From the IMG/VR virus record IMGVR_UViG_3300042471_000812: a stretch of DNA of 20,000 nt. The stretch is one strand, 5' to 3'. Shown here piece after piece: positions 9,401-15,202 of the stretch; the stretch's first letter is position 1; each line of letters opens with the position of its first letter. Made by a program: the position numbers and the translations under genes. The notes under the pieces are model-generated. The model was given only the letters and a program-made list of their open reading frames with translations, was not told the origin of the DNA and ran no database searches. This DNA is from an uncultured virus (IMG/VR IMGVR_UViG_3300042471_000812) (lineage: Duplodnaviria > Heunggongvirae > Uroviricota > Caudoviricetes).

Positions 9401-9929
9401 AGATTTATTCTTTGACAGGGAGGTGTTTAATTATATTTCTGATGCTCAAATGATTAAGGGGATAAAGGATCAAGGCATAAAAGATATTCCTGAGAACTTA
9501 GATGACCTTAATAAAGTTATCAATAAAGAGCAAACTCGTTTGTCGTTGAGACTTTTAGAAGAGTTTAAACCAAACTTTGTTTTCAAGCATCCGGCGTTAA
9601 AGAGTTATGCGCAGAGTGAGGATTCTTATGTTGGTTTAAACGCCGAAATGATTAACAAAATTGCTAAAGAGTATGACAGTTCTAGGAATAGGAGGTCATA
9701 TCTTATTGCGTTGAAGTTTGTTGCTGGTGATGATTTTAAGAATATCGTTCAACAAATTGGGGCGCACGAAAGGGACTTGTCTGTTGTAGAAGGTATTACA
9801 GAAACTACGAGTGCAACTAAGTACAAGCGACTTTATCTTCGTCCTGATAATAGAAGCTCAAAGCCAATATCCTCCGAGTCTGCAATAAACAATTTGATAC
9901 TGCTAAAATATTTATTGACAAATGAGTAA
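489..9929 (+). CDS. Giant (3146 aa) polyvalent / internal virion (ejection-type) protein with ART-like, C5-DNA methyltransferase and LPD38-like domains
   Basis: Uninterrupted 9.4-kb ORF, translationally coupled at both ends. It has mostly helical-looking charged regions, Glu/Pro/Val/Thr linkers and the internal domains listed separately. It lies just upstream of structural and tail genes. Confidence 0.9.
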   Translation: MSKEILKGIFEENIAPVREDITFEGWVDKIRDNEEYKVGLFENYVQPSMPEATFEEFNSNAFGSLGKVEAPLAGAQSEESFSPTESVSSEFEVGPPAGGTPPGVEPKGAPVAEAAALVGEVGSEGEPTIIGQELDPYTIVEEDDRNFFERLFGEERYRRVTERAVETIPALTRLFGKAAAKDVQEEINDLGRAMEADPEFVIKASQNGLFTTNNLATYLSQEAAGDKKGAEEINMFLEKGATGKTTQFERFKTLYAPIEKERNEAIQKELLSNRDYVALRGKIDAEFNSQRVGVDEKYDFKALMGEEFKVGEKELLGKYESATLALPMQLETKASELKFDYQTKVNNGQMGVNEANEGLKRDLDAYGAELQKQSDEALGEYNSGVSALAERVQKGVKDKPEFKAYMDELNDLRNGVVESFSGDYQKIQQAVFNNIAPKYNSKIESAITNSMKGETPLLNKSGVKGNIDKILGNRGWDYLPFDQKKAALDTMFGTALSKLKRSGVQINDGVVAGLRAEFDDAFMDRAYFTKKGTPSLFMVKTRAIEEAERLDEMLKEREAKTGTKTYTSGIYGSEFGVGGMGYDDTDVQELRLAREKLQEIIEMPETMSDNEWSNFWNGLTSGKVVDYLPFVSGLKNLSGTLALYRAVGKDTESARYLKNAEALNSTYKNMYEVNNMASDWYRAGRGTAESLPFMMEFAATAGIGSGVRIATEKVAVKLLGKQAETMVGKSFKVLAGTLVSSLAQTTLNPQRYVDETLKRMTPQMTIAFSPEGDDLVAMLDSSDAEGGFEAALKGFGVTASEYFSEGLGFAGARAMKALGSKMLQNEFLKKAYVGWYMSKFNLDTPTAFKKIAEMGGWNGFLMEFGEELVNIPLTNLITGDAKVMEGIIKDGEFDTENLADIARTLLPISLAGGSVSLGGLAINKIAPEGVTVTYRDINNLPTTETINKGVWDAVTEVMKSPSKVRDFIANELPKLKVDGKGRELVTSMLERSAIEFDRGVVGVGTRQVAEATSPLEVTFEPIPETGGAPKVEIIAKRRQKLNKDRTKLVPTGGFDYFAKVGDREVKLSDAEYKAYKDSGVLPESVSAVEATPKVEGEAVTPEAVSPEVPALRDVESTAEALEGVNNKNPQEIIDASKKIDKVEYIEEGEAREIIESYTHYKSGNSKSPATRWAGWFQSINAANKKFIVEDIQNDPKLRNAMLSLFFDVYKSELNFKGSFDDFLNTEITLYRGVTLADKKGVGQEGFSAFSTTKNRVSAYADEQAIGKGQVKEIKIKPIDTYGAVNYIGGGEIEVLVPTEFKNETIRQDFIRLLELNIGLFSEEQTELLEKYYDKEDYISGLAFIKSIISSKPKQLSEAYHKAKEDGSNPELVSAVEELLGKPTQTPEVAEGQPAEVISPEVAEVLSTEDTTRIALESLEVLPEGIESAEEGARIYHEAIGKEERTEAEDAVVMAVEDAVIGGAVVPEVETPEAVETAETVTPEEVSTEGVTPEVPGVVEAAEGQRQPSRVATFFSGAGTMEASLPNAQSVMAVEFNPAYVEAYNKAFGVEYEAKDVRDINPEEVIASKPDIFHASPVCKNFSAAKNKRTVLKSDMESADAVARVIREAQPPIVTIENVPDYQGTVPFETIVKALEDAGYTFDVGVYNSADFGGVQNRERLLIRAVKSGELPPIQEKTAPGDWYSAIEDLIEGAPDSKFESRSESENWEMTRIKDMVRKGKLDATKPIITMGGSASSGVAAAANAGGPAPTLLSTSRSVPRIILPDGTVKRVTPEMMRRLMGLPESYPIPSNPKIAKEVLGNGVDGAFTRALIDPLLNRAETQPSAEAQPSAEGLTSKEKAEQANKRAEEIAEKIRKNLRGRGGITGITPFSRAKRLAEVDRATLALIKDYIYQKVLAGAYTFKDFVEDMKENSKRIFGVQIEVANSDKSIFHSAQSRFEINDAFAQEILDLKDDFLFSIAAMSGRMNMNFQEFISSNSALVNGFVNRAESIYGLDDQAMMLVQEMYQDALRAAANRAESYTTLEDVKKFHETKEELLGLERDMERARINEEIKRRRNWLSRNFDKFQRAFITPVKNFNRAFGYRAGKFSDYRTSQERDVYSARKYRMGASTKAGNWYNAIHNKIYGGLSWFEKVELDKYLIYRRIVEVSEVRNQRAAEYKKLEAELAAGVTPVRKQEIKEAMAELEKAGMGEVKSGSIMVDGKKEEYTVALAEAFVNDINARNDALAIKIRNRAEMYTEANNELLKMRLDSGEISQEAYDSMQKRDYVRRLFVDLSNTTLDEANYSPVSKEIKAIKEGSEDAILEMDTQALLQINAQITFDSVAKNNFIKKVVGWSEAKQQDYLDKALEKFKDARARTERYLRSSPRPLTQDEIDRFIKEQTLFIPLSNDAKVPSGFTAQKYFVDGVEKRVAVRNDIANIFQTPSGRGINENSFAIKAISALLLTPVIKASAVFVNPAFAIGNFALDVIHASMVTRDLYKSFTFNLGTILAKATGYTAENIYRKAVKYGASLFGRTARDSKFERLVKDYFEHGGGMSGLSNPSSRMYSDKLSSSALRRSFGDAMDGIIAVLDVINSLQSGSELITRVIVYEAALDKNIAAYREKNGVDPVGEDLALMKMSAAASSADLIDFREGAEATKAFDQTLLPFLNAMIQGAKAEIDFASKNPLLAAARLAEFGGMALGAALYNANSGDEDEKEGIVGYNGITDYIKSNFFVMMMPWTKKNERGEIVRPFISIKLPAALKATNILVSGMVADQGAENTIGQMASALEGGYVPEIGSVSPTAQIFMALNYNRDAFRKGAPVYRGRADVLLTERFNAGETKAIYRDLFGAMYDLINEDGENEGVLGFDEAGPAQWQAAFEKAISSNNPYYLGITSTYATISSLYGKDNKKEVDALMDEKFAALNAFGSRVYREPNSSVQQKNMKDRKQVDFLRDQIGSWQKKNDDAIEFAAKTIRDINKLEGNSKNVKIDLFFDREVFNYISDAQMIKGIKDQGIKDIPENLDDLNKVINKEQTRLSLRLLEEFKPNFVFKHPALKSYAQSEDSYVGLNAEMINKIAKEYDSSRNRRSYLIALKFVAGDDFKNIVQQIGAHERDLSVVEGITETTSATKYKRLYLRPDNRSSKPISSESAINNLILLKYLLTNE
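3861..4550 (+). other. AT-rich in-frame cassette encoding a putative R-S-E type ADP-ribosyltransferase domain within the giant protein
   Basis: Motifs in canonical order: ITLYRG (R at 4179), FSAFST (4224-4241), EIEVLV (E-x-E at 4359-4367). GC drops abruptly: 31/60 at 3781-3840 versus 17/60 at 3901-3960. Confidence 0.7.
5013..5935 (+). other. C5-cytosine DNA methyltransferase domain within the giant protein
   Basis: Ordered motifs: I FFSGAG, II AVEFNP, III DVRDI, IV HASPVCKNFS (catalytic Cys codon 5220), VI IENVP (5331-5345), VIII QNRERL, IX RVTPEMMRRLMGLPESY, X LGNGV (5883-5897). Confidence 0.92.
5941..5985 (+). repeat. 18-bp tandem repeat, about 2.5 copies (GCGCCGAA(A/G)CGCAACCCA; AETQPS-AEAQPS-AE)
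   Basis: Directly visible immediately after methyltransferase motif X. Confidence 0.9.
8361..9150 (+). other. LPD38-like (large polyvalent protein-associated) C-terminal region
   Basis: Pattern DF..G.........PFLNAMIQG, followed by a hydrophobic helix and then Y..ITDYIKSNFFV...ISIKLP, with an upstream NPAFAIGNFALD segment. Recognised from memory of this family; boundaries are approximate. Confidence 0.6.
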
Positions 9930-10326
9930 CTACACCAAACCGAAATTAAGGGAGAGCATTAAGGATAGGGTAATGGCTTCTAGCAAGGGTGGCAAGCCTG
10001 GCCAGTGGTCAGCGCGGAAGGCACAGCTTTTATCTCAGGAGTATGAGAAGAAGGGTGGGGGGTATAGTGGCGGCAAGAGTGGTGCCCAGAAGAGTTTAAG
10101 TAAGTGGACTAAGGAGGAGTGGGGTACTAAGAGTGGCAAGCCTTCTACGCAGGGGCCGAAGGCTACTGGTGAGCGGTATTTACCAAAGGCAGCGCGTGAG
10201 GCGTTATCGCCGAAGGAGTATGCTGCCACTTCTGCCAAGAAGCGTAGTGATACTGCCAAGGGCAAGCAGTTTAGTAGTCAGCCCAAGAAAATAGCAACCA
10301 AAACAAGTAAATATCGTGGAAAGTAA
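9922..10326 (+). CDS. Small basic conserved viral protein (DUF5872-like)
   Basis: 134 aa, Lys/Ser/Gly-rich. The YTKPKLRE...KGGKPGQWSARKAQLL..EY..KGGGY and SLSKWTKEEW...ERYLPK motifs are typical of a widespread viral family. Overlaps the giant gene stop. Confidence 0.8.
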   Translation: MSNYTKPKLRESIKDRVMASSKGGKPGQWSARKAQLLSQEYEKKGGGYSGGKSGAQKSLSKWTKEEWGTKSGKPSTQGPKATGERYLPKAAREALSPKEYAATSAKKRSDTAKGKQFSSQPKKIATKTSKYRGK

Positions 10327-10489
10327 GTTCAAGAAATTGCAAAAGAGTGTAGCCAAGGGCTACGCCGAAAAGGGTAGTAAGAAAGCTATGGAGATTGGCG
10401 CTGCCGTTGCGTATAAGCAGGGTGTCAAGAAATATGGCAAGGAGGTTATGACTAAGAAATCCATTGCCGGAAAGAAGAAAAAAAAGTAG
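10316..10489 (+). CDS. 57-aa Lys-rich small protein (not in ORF track)
   Basis: GTG 10316 to TAG 10489 gives MESKFKKLQKSVAKGYAEKGSKKAMEIGAAVAYKQGVKKYGKEVMTKKSIAGKKKKK. It overlaps the upstream stop and fills the gap in the operon. Confidence 0.75.
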   Translation: MESKFKKLQKSVAKGYAEKGSKKAMEIGAAVAYKQGVKKYGKEVMTKKSIAGKKKKK

Positions 10490-10497
10490 TATCTTTG
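10490..10497 (+). promoter_or_regulatory. Possible Bacteroidota-type -7 promoter element (TAnnTTTG)
   Basis: TATCTTTG sits in a short AT-rich intergenic gap 14 nt before ATG 10512. The nearest TTG upstream (10464-10466) is at non-ideal spacing. Confidence 0.4.
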
Positions 10498-10511
10498 AAA
10501 CAAAAATTGTT

Positions 10512-10610
10512 ATGAAAGCAACTACCAAGGGTGGTTCAACCACCAAAACAAAAGTTACCACTAGTGGTGGCTCTGGAAAGAAAGTAAAAGTAACCACTAA
10601 ATCCTGTTAA
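10512..10610 (+). CDS. 32-aa Lys/Thr/Gly-rich peptide (not in ORF track)
   Basis: MKATTKGGSTTKTKVTTSGGSGKKVKVTTKSC, with an A-rich leader, internal repeats of (V)TT(K/S)GGS, and a stop 2 nt before the next ATG. Confidence 0.65.
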   Translation: MKATTKGGSTTKTKVTTSGGSGKKVKVTTKSC

Positions 10611-10612
10611 TT

Positions 10613-10768
10613 ATGTACGGAATGAAGAAAGCTGGCGGTAGCAAAACCGCTAAAATGGGCAAAATGGCTGGCAAAATGGCTGGCATGGTTGCTGGTGCTA
10701 AGGCTGGCGCTAAGGCTGGCAAGGCTATGGGCAAAATGGCTGCTGCCAAGGTGTCTAAGAAAAAATGA
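10613..10768 (+). CDS. 51-aa Lys/Ala/Gly/Met-rich histone-H1/protamine-like peptide (not in ORF track)
   Basis: MYGMKKAGGSKTAKMGKMAGKMAGMVAGAKAGAKAGKAMGKMAAAKVSKKK. It has no acidic residues, 12-bp tandem repeats (GGCAAAATGGCT, GCTAAGGCTGGC) and an ATGA overlap with 10765. Confidence 0.75.
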   Translation: MYGMKKAGGSKTAKMGKMAGKMAGMVAGAKAGAKAGKAMGKMAAAKVSKKK

Positions 10769-11070
10769 AGAAAGACTCTCGAATAGAGCGTGCAGGTGTG
10801 GCTGGGTTTAATAAACCTAAGGCCACACCTTCCCACCCTACTAAGAGCCATATTGTAGTGGCTAAGGAGGGTGATAAGGTAAAGACTTTGCGCTTTGGTC
10901 AACAGAATGTCAAGACCAACCAAACTGTCGGGCAGAGGGAGGCTTTCAAGTCTCGCCATGCCAAGAACATTGCGAAGGGCAAAATGAGTCCTGCGTATTG
11001 GGCAGATAAGGTAAAGTGGTCTAGTTCCAAGACAAAATCTCCATCTAAGAAATGGGTTAAGGGAAGCTAA
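10765..11070 (+). CDS. Small basic conserved phage protein (101 aa)
   Basis: NKPKATPSHPTKSHIVVAKEGDKVKTLRFGQQ...FKSRHAKNIAKGKMSPAYWADKVKW pattern, seen in aquatic phages near structural genes. Coupled on both sides. Confidence 0.8.
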   Translation: MKKDSRIERAGVAGFNKPKATPSHPTKSHIVVAKEGDKVKTLRFGQQNVKTNQTVGQREAFKSRHAKNIAKGKMSPAYWADKVKWSSSKTKSPSKKWVKGS

Positions 11071-11609
11071 TGTTACAGATAAATTTCACCGCCAATCTTG
11101 CAGAGAATTGCAAGGACATCAACTTGGTAGATACTACTGGGGATTATGATGCTGTAAACAATCCGGAAGGGTGGGGGGCGCCGAATGCGTCCACCTCTAA
11201 CATTTCCCAGTCAAACATATACATAACCCCTCCAAGTGGCATAAGCTACATCATAGGCGCCACAGCGTTACTAAACGATGAGCAGACTATCTTAGGCACT
11301 TCAATAGGCTATACTACCAAGTTGCCTGATGGCTATTACGACATAAGGTATGAGGTCCAGGGCACGTTTGGTGGGAATAGTGGTGTGTTGAGTAGTGAGC
11401 GTAAGAACGTGTTGTTTTACGGCAATGTATTCTGTTGCATTGAGAAGATGAATGTTGAGGGGGATTGTTTGTGTGAAACCTCTGAGCTTGAAGATATGCT
11501 GCTGTTGTTTGAGGCTATGAAGGCCGCCGATGAGTGTTGCGATATTGTTTGTGCCAAAAAGATACTTAATGAATTAACCAGGCGTTGTGCCAAAAAATGT
11601 AATTGCTGA
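11070..11609 (+). CDS. Putative structural protein: beta-rich N-terminal domain with a Cys-rich C-terminus
   Basis: 179 aa. DTTGDY...GWG...LPDGYYDIRYEV beta-sandwich-like region; the tail is Cys-rich (CC, CLC, CC, CxxxCxC). Confidence 0.7.
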   Translation: MLQINFTANLAENCKDINLVDTTGDYDAVNNPEGWGAPNASTSNISQSNIYITPPSGISYIIGATALLNDEQTILGTSIGYTTKLPDGYYDIRYEVQGTFGGNSGVLSSERKNVLFYGNVFCCIEKMNVEGDCLCETSELEDMLLLFEAMKAADECCDIVCAKKILNELTRRCAKKCNC

Positions 11610-12412
11610 TGAGCTGTAATTGTCAAGATACTCCTTGTTCGTGTGTAGATGGGTTGAACTCGTTTACCACTTTAGCGGCTAGTTTCACTCAGCCAGGTGT
11701 TGGGTTAAATGTTACCGTTTCCACCACTAACCTCGGCCAGTTGAATAACCGGTGGGTGGGTGTTAATCAGATTTTATATGTTGTGGGTGGTGGTTACTAC
11801 CAAGTGGTTAGTATCCCTAGCTTAGTATCTATCCAGCTTAAAAACTTGGGATATACTGGCAATGCTGCCCCTGCCGCTACGGTTGCTTCTGGGGGCAATG
11901 TGTCCCCAGGTGGGTTAGCTGGGGTTACCGGCCCTTCTGGGGTTAATGGCACTGTATTGTTGTTTAACGACCACACTCAGCAAACTGCGACTTCTAGTGC
12001 CACGTTATACACTTACTCAATGCCCCAAGGCACGTTAGCGCCGAATGGATCACAGCTAGAGTTAGAATTTTACATAAACACTTCTGTCAGCCCAAACACA
12101 AGGAATATGCGTATTGGGATTGGGGCCACTACCTTTGTTTTCCAGAACTTAGGATTATCTTCAAGCACTTTCGTTCAGAGGGGCTATGCTACGGTTACGA
12201 GGCTCAGTGCAACAACTGTTGCAATTTCTGTGAAGTCTGAGACATCTACTGTTTCCGGGAACTTAATCACTACGGAAAACTACTACACTACTTCTGCTGC
12301 TGTTACGAACTTGGATAGTGGTGGTGCCATTGCTATTACTTTGCAGAGTGTTATCTCTACTACGGGCACAATAACTGCCGAATACTTTACAATTAAAAGA
12401 AACTTGATATGA
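11609..12412 (+). CDS. Putative tail/fibre-associated structural protein
   Basis: ATG 11609 (TGATG overlap) is preferred over TTG 11603. N-terminus MSCNCQDTPCSC, short G-X-Y run (GLAGVTGPSGVNG), Thr/Ser-rich beta C-terminal domain. Confidence 0.7.
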   Translation: MSCNCQDTPCSCVDGLNSFTTLAASFTQPGVGLNVTVSTTNLGQLNNRWVGVNQILYVVGGGYYQVVSIPSLVSIQLKNLGYTGNAAPAATVASGGNVSPGGLAGVTGPSGVNGTVLLFNDHTQQTATSSATLYTYSMPQGTLAPNGSQLELEFYINTSVSPNTRNMRIGIGATTFVFQNLGLSSSTFVQRGYATVTRLSATTVAISVKSETSTVSGNLITTENYYTTSAAVTNLDSGGAIAITLQSVISTTGTITAEYFTIKRNLI

Positions 12413-14064
12413 TAGTCCAGTCCTACAAAACGATTGCAATAGGTGTAGCCAATTTAACTTTGGAGGGGGCTTCTTCTGCTTCCACGTTAAACTTGGATGA
12501 GAATGACCTTTTGAAGTATTATGTAATGACTACTGCTGGGGTAAGTTTATCTTCTCCGCTAACGATTGCGTATGGTGGGGCAGGTACTCCTCCAACGGGA
12601 ATGGTTGGAATGTTTTTCTTCCCTGGGGGTGTTACCTTGGGGGCAAATACTTTCACGATATTTGGGTATGCGTTGAGTGCTACTGAGGCGTTGAAGGGCG
12701 CTGTGATTGCGGTGGTGTATAATGGTTCTGCTTTTAGTGTTTCTGTGTTACCGGCGGCAAATGCTACTGAGTGGATAGAAACTGGAGATATTGCTGCCTT
12801 GGCGGTTACTAATGCCAAGATAGCGACTGGTATTGATGGAAGCAAGGTTTCGGTTGGTAGTATGCCTGCTGACAGGTTAGCTGCTGCGAGCATTACAAAT
12901 GCTCAGTTGGCCACCATGCCGACCTTGACTATTAAGGGCAACAATACGGGGGGCGCTTCCACTCCCATTGACCTTACGGCAGCTCAGGTATGGGTGATGC
13001 TTGGGGGTCAAATCTTTACTGCTGCTGCCGGCACGAGTAGTTTTGTGCAAAATGGTAGTGGTTCTACGGCTGCTGGCAATTATGCTGGGGCTGTTGGGCA
13101 GAGTAATGTTGCCAGTGGTCTTAATTCCTTTGCTCAGGGCAACGGAAACACCACGAGTGGGGCTAGGGCTTCGGCTAGTGGCAATGCCAACACAGCGAGT
13201 GGTTCTAACTCAAAGGCTGTGGGGGATAGCAACGTTGCTTCTGGGGTTAATTCTTTCGCTGGGGGTATAAGCTCTACGGCGAGTGGCACTCAGTCATTTG
13301 CGTATGGGGAGGGTGTTACTGCTAGTGGCAATAATTCTATTGCTTTAGGTGAAGATGTAACGGCTAGCCGGGAGGGTGAATTTGCCCGAAACAATGGGAA
13401 CACTGTAACGCTCCGCAAGCATGCTATTAACTTATTGCAATCTGCCACTACGAATGCTACTCCAGCAATAATGTTTTTGGGGGATAGTGGTTTATCGTTT
13501 AACGTGCCCACTAATTCTTCTGTTGCGTTTAGCGCTTTAGTAAACGCCGTTCAGGATAATACTGGTGGCGGTGGCGCCCCTGGAGATAGTGCAAGTTGGC
13601 ATTTGACTGGCTTGGTTAAGAATGTGGGGGGTACTACTTCCCTTGTGAATGGTATTAACTTCGACACTACTTTGTCGCGTACTATTCGCGAAGCGGGAAC
13701 GGCTCAGGCTGGTGCTGCTGGCACTATTACCTTGCAGGCTGGTGCTACTTCCATTACCAATGCGTTTGAGCGCTCCTACATTTACATCATTAGCGGTACC
13801 GGTTCTGGGCAGAATAGGGAGATTACTGCGTACAATGGCACTACGAAGGTTGCTACGGTATCTCCCAACTGGAGTGTTAACCCTGACAATACTTCTGTGT
13901 ATCGTATTGTTACCCAAGAGCATTATCAGTCCACCACTATTGGTTGGGACGTGAATGCTGTGGCAAACAATGCTACTGACACGTTGGATATAACGGTAAC
14001 TGGTGAGGGGAGCAAGAACATTGTTTGGTATTGCCGGTTAGAAACCATTGAATTAGGGTTCTAA
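12409..14064 (+). CDS. Tail fibre / adhesin-like protein with YadA-head-like (Hep_Hag) 14-aa repeats
   Basis: 551 aa, Gly/Ala/Ser/Thr-rich. VTNAKIA/ITNAQLA fibre motifs; about seven 14-residue repeats of the type N-x-ASG-x-NS-F-A-x-G at about 13060-13380. Confidence 0.8.
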   Translation: MIVQSYKTIAIGVANLTLEGASSASTLNLDENDLLKYYVMTTAGVSLSSPLTIAYGGAGTPPTGMVGMFFFPGGVTLGANTFTIFGYALSATEALKGAVIAVVYNGSAFSVSVLPAANATEWIETGDIAALAVTNAKIATGIDGSKVSVGSMPADRLAAASITNAQLATMPTLTIKGNNTGGASTPIDLTAAQVWVMLGGQIFTAAAGTSSFVQNGSGSTAAGNYAGAVGQSNVASGLNSFAQGNGNTTSGARASASGNANTASGSNSKAVGDSNVASGVNSFAGGISSTASGTQSFAYGEGVTASGNNSIALGEDVTASREGEFARNNGNTVTLRKHAINLLQSATTNATPAIMFLGDSGLSFNVPTNSSVAFSALVNAVQDNTGGGGAPGDSASWHLTGLVKNVGGTTSLVNGINFDTTLSRTIREAGTAQAGAAGTITLQAGATSITNAFERSYIYIISGTGSGQNREITAYNGTTKVATVSPNWSVNPDNTSVYRIVTQEHYQSTTIGWDVNAVANNATDTLDITVTGEGSKNIVWYCRLETIELGF

Positions 14065-14378
14065 TGGAGCCATACAAGTATGTGTGTAAATACTTAGATG
14101 CTTTGCACTCAGGGAACTGGGAGAAGGCTGAGGAGTATTTGGCATGTGCTAGGAAGGGCATTGTTGTTGTTATTCCCGACCCGAATGTTATCGGCCCCAA
14201 TGTTAGTTTGTATGTAAATGTTTGCAGTTATTTAGATGCTTTGCATTCTGGGAAGTGGGAACTCGCCGAAAAGTATCTTGCTTGTGCGAGGGCTTCATAT
14301 TTACTTTCAGGCTTACCCTTATTAACTGAGGGGGATGAGCCACTCCTTACCAATTTAGACGAAGAAATACTAGTGTAA
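14064..14378 (+). CDS. Hypothetical protein with an internal 27-aa duplication
   Basis: YKYVCKYLDALHSGNWEKAEEYLACAR (14073-14153) versus YVNVCSYLDALHSGKWELAEKYLACAR (14211-14291), 21/27 identical. Acidic LLTEGDEPLLT tail. Confidence 0.75.
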   Translation: MEPYKYVCKYLDALHSGNWEKAEEYLACARKGIVVVIPDPNVIGPNVSLYVNVCSYLDALHSGKWELAEKYLACARASYLLSGLPLLTEGDEPLLTNLDEEILV

Positions 14379-14379
14379 T

Positions 14380-15201
14380 ATGCCAAGAATATCAAATTTA
14401 CCACCGGCCTCTACGGTCAACGGCCCAGATTTACTACCCATTGTTCAGGGTGGAACCACGAAAAGGGCTACTAAAGACCAGCTTGTAGCTTCTACCTTGG
14501 CAGTTGCCAATGCAGCACAGGTAGATGCCACACAGGCCATTGCTGATGCTTCTAGCGCTCAGGCTACGGCTACTAGTGCATTGGCAAATGTAAACACTGC
14601 ATTGACTATTGCCAATACAGCCCTTTCGCAAGTAGGCACGGCAGTTCAAAAGACAGGCGATACGATGACTGGCGATTTGGATATGGGTAACAACCAAATT
14701 GAAAACTTGGGTACGCCGTTTGGCCCCGCCGATGCGGCAACCAAAACATACGTTGACACCGCCGATGCCTTGAAACTTGACAAATCAGGCGGCACAATGA
14801 CAGGGGCATTGAACATGGGGGCACAAAGCCTTACTAACCTTGGCACGCCAACAAATAACAGCGATGCGGCGAATAAAGGCTACGTGGATAGCGCATTGGC
14901 TGGCAAACAGAACACTGTTGCCACCACTACGGGGGTTGCTGTTGCATTGGTTACGCCGCAAGAATACGGCACTTATGCCGCACCCGAAACGGGCAATATT
15001 GCAGTTAGCTTGACCAATGCGGTGCGAGGCATTGACCAAATAGTTTACCACGATGATACGGTTGCACCGACAATTGTGGTAACAGGGGGCACGGCAATCA
15101 AGTTCGGGCCGATTGACTACAACCTTGCCAAAGTGAACCTGATTGTTTTCTTTTGGATGGGGGGCACGAATGTAGGTTACATCATAACACCAGCGGTTTA
15201 A
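14380..15201 (+). CDS. Tail fibre protein
   Basis: N-terminal RISNLP...DLLPIVQGGTTKRAT motif, an Ala-rich coiled coil, and two 44-aa repeats G.TMTG.L.MG....NLGTP....DAA.K.YVD starting at 14650 and 14782. Confidence 0.8.
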   Translation: MPRISNLPPASTVNGPDLLPIVQGGTTKRATKDQLVASTLAVANAAQVDATQAIADASSAQATATSALANVNTALTIANTALSQVGTAVQKTGDTMTGDLDMGNNQIENLGTPFGPADAATKTYVDTADALKLDKSGGTMTGALNMGAQSLTNLGTPTNNSDAANKGYVDSALAGKQNTVATTTGVAVALVTPQEYGTYAAPETGNIAVSLTNAVRGIDQIVYHDDTVAPTIVVTGGTAIKFGPIDYNLAKVNLIVFFWMGGTNVGYIITPAV

Positions 15202-15202
15202 C

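Noticed and set aside
489..9929. Virion RNA polymerase (N4- or crAss-like) as the identity of the giant protein
   Set aside because: I found no DFDID/DxDGD-type catalytic motif or T7-like motif set by eye. A profile search would be needed to exclude a very divergent one.
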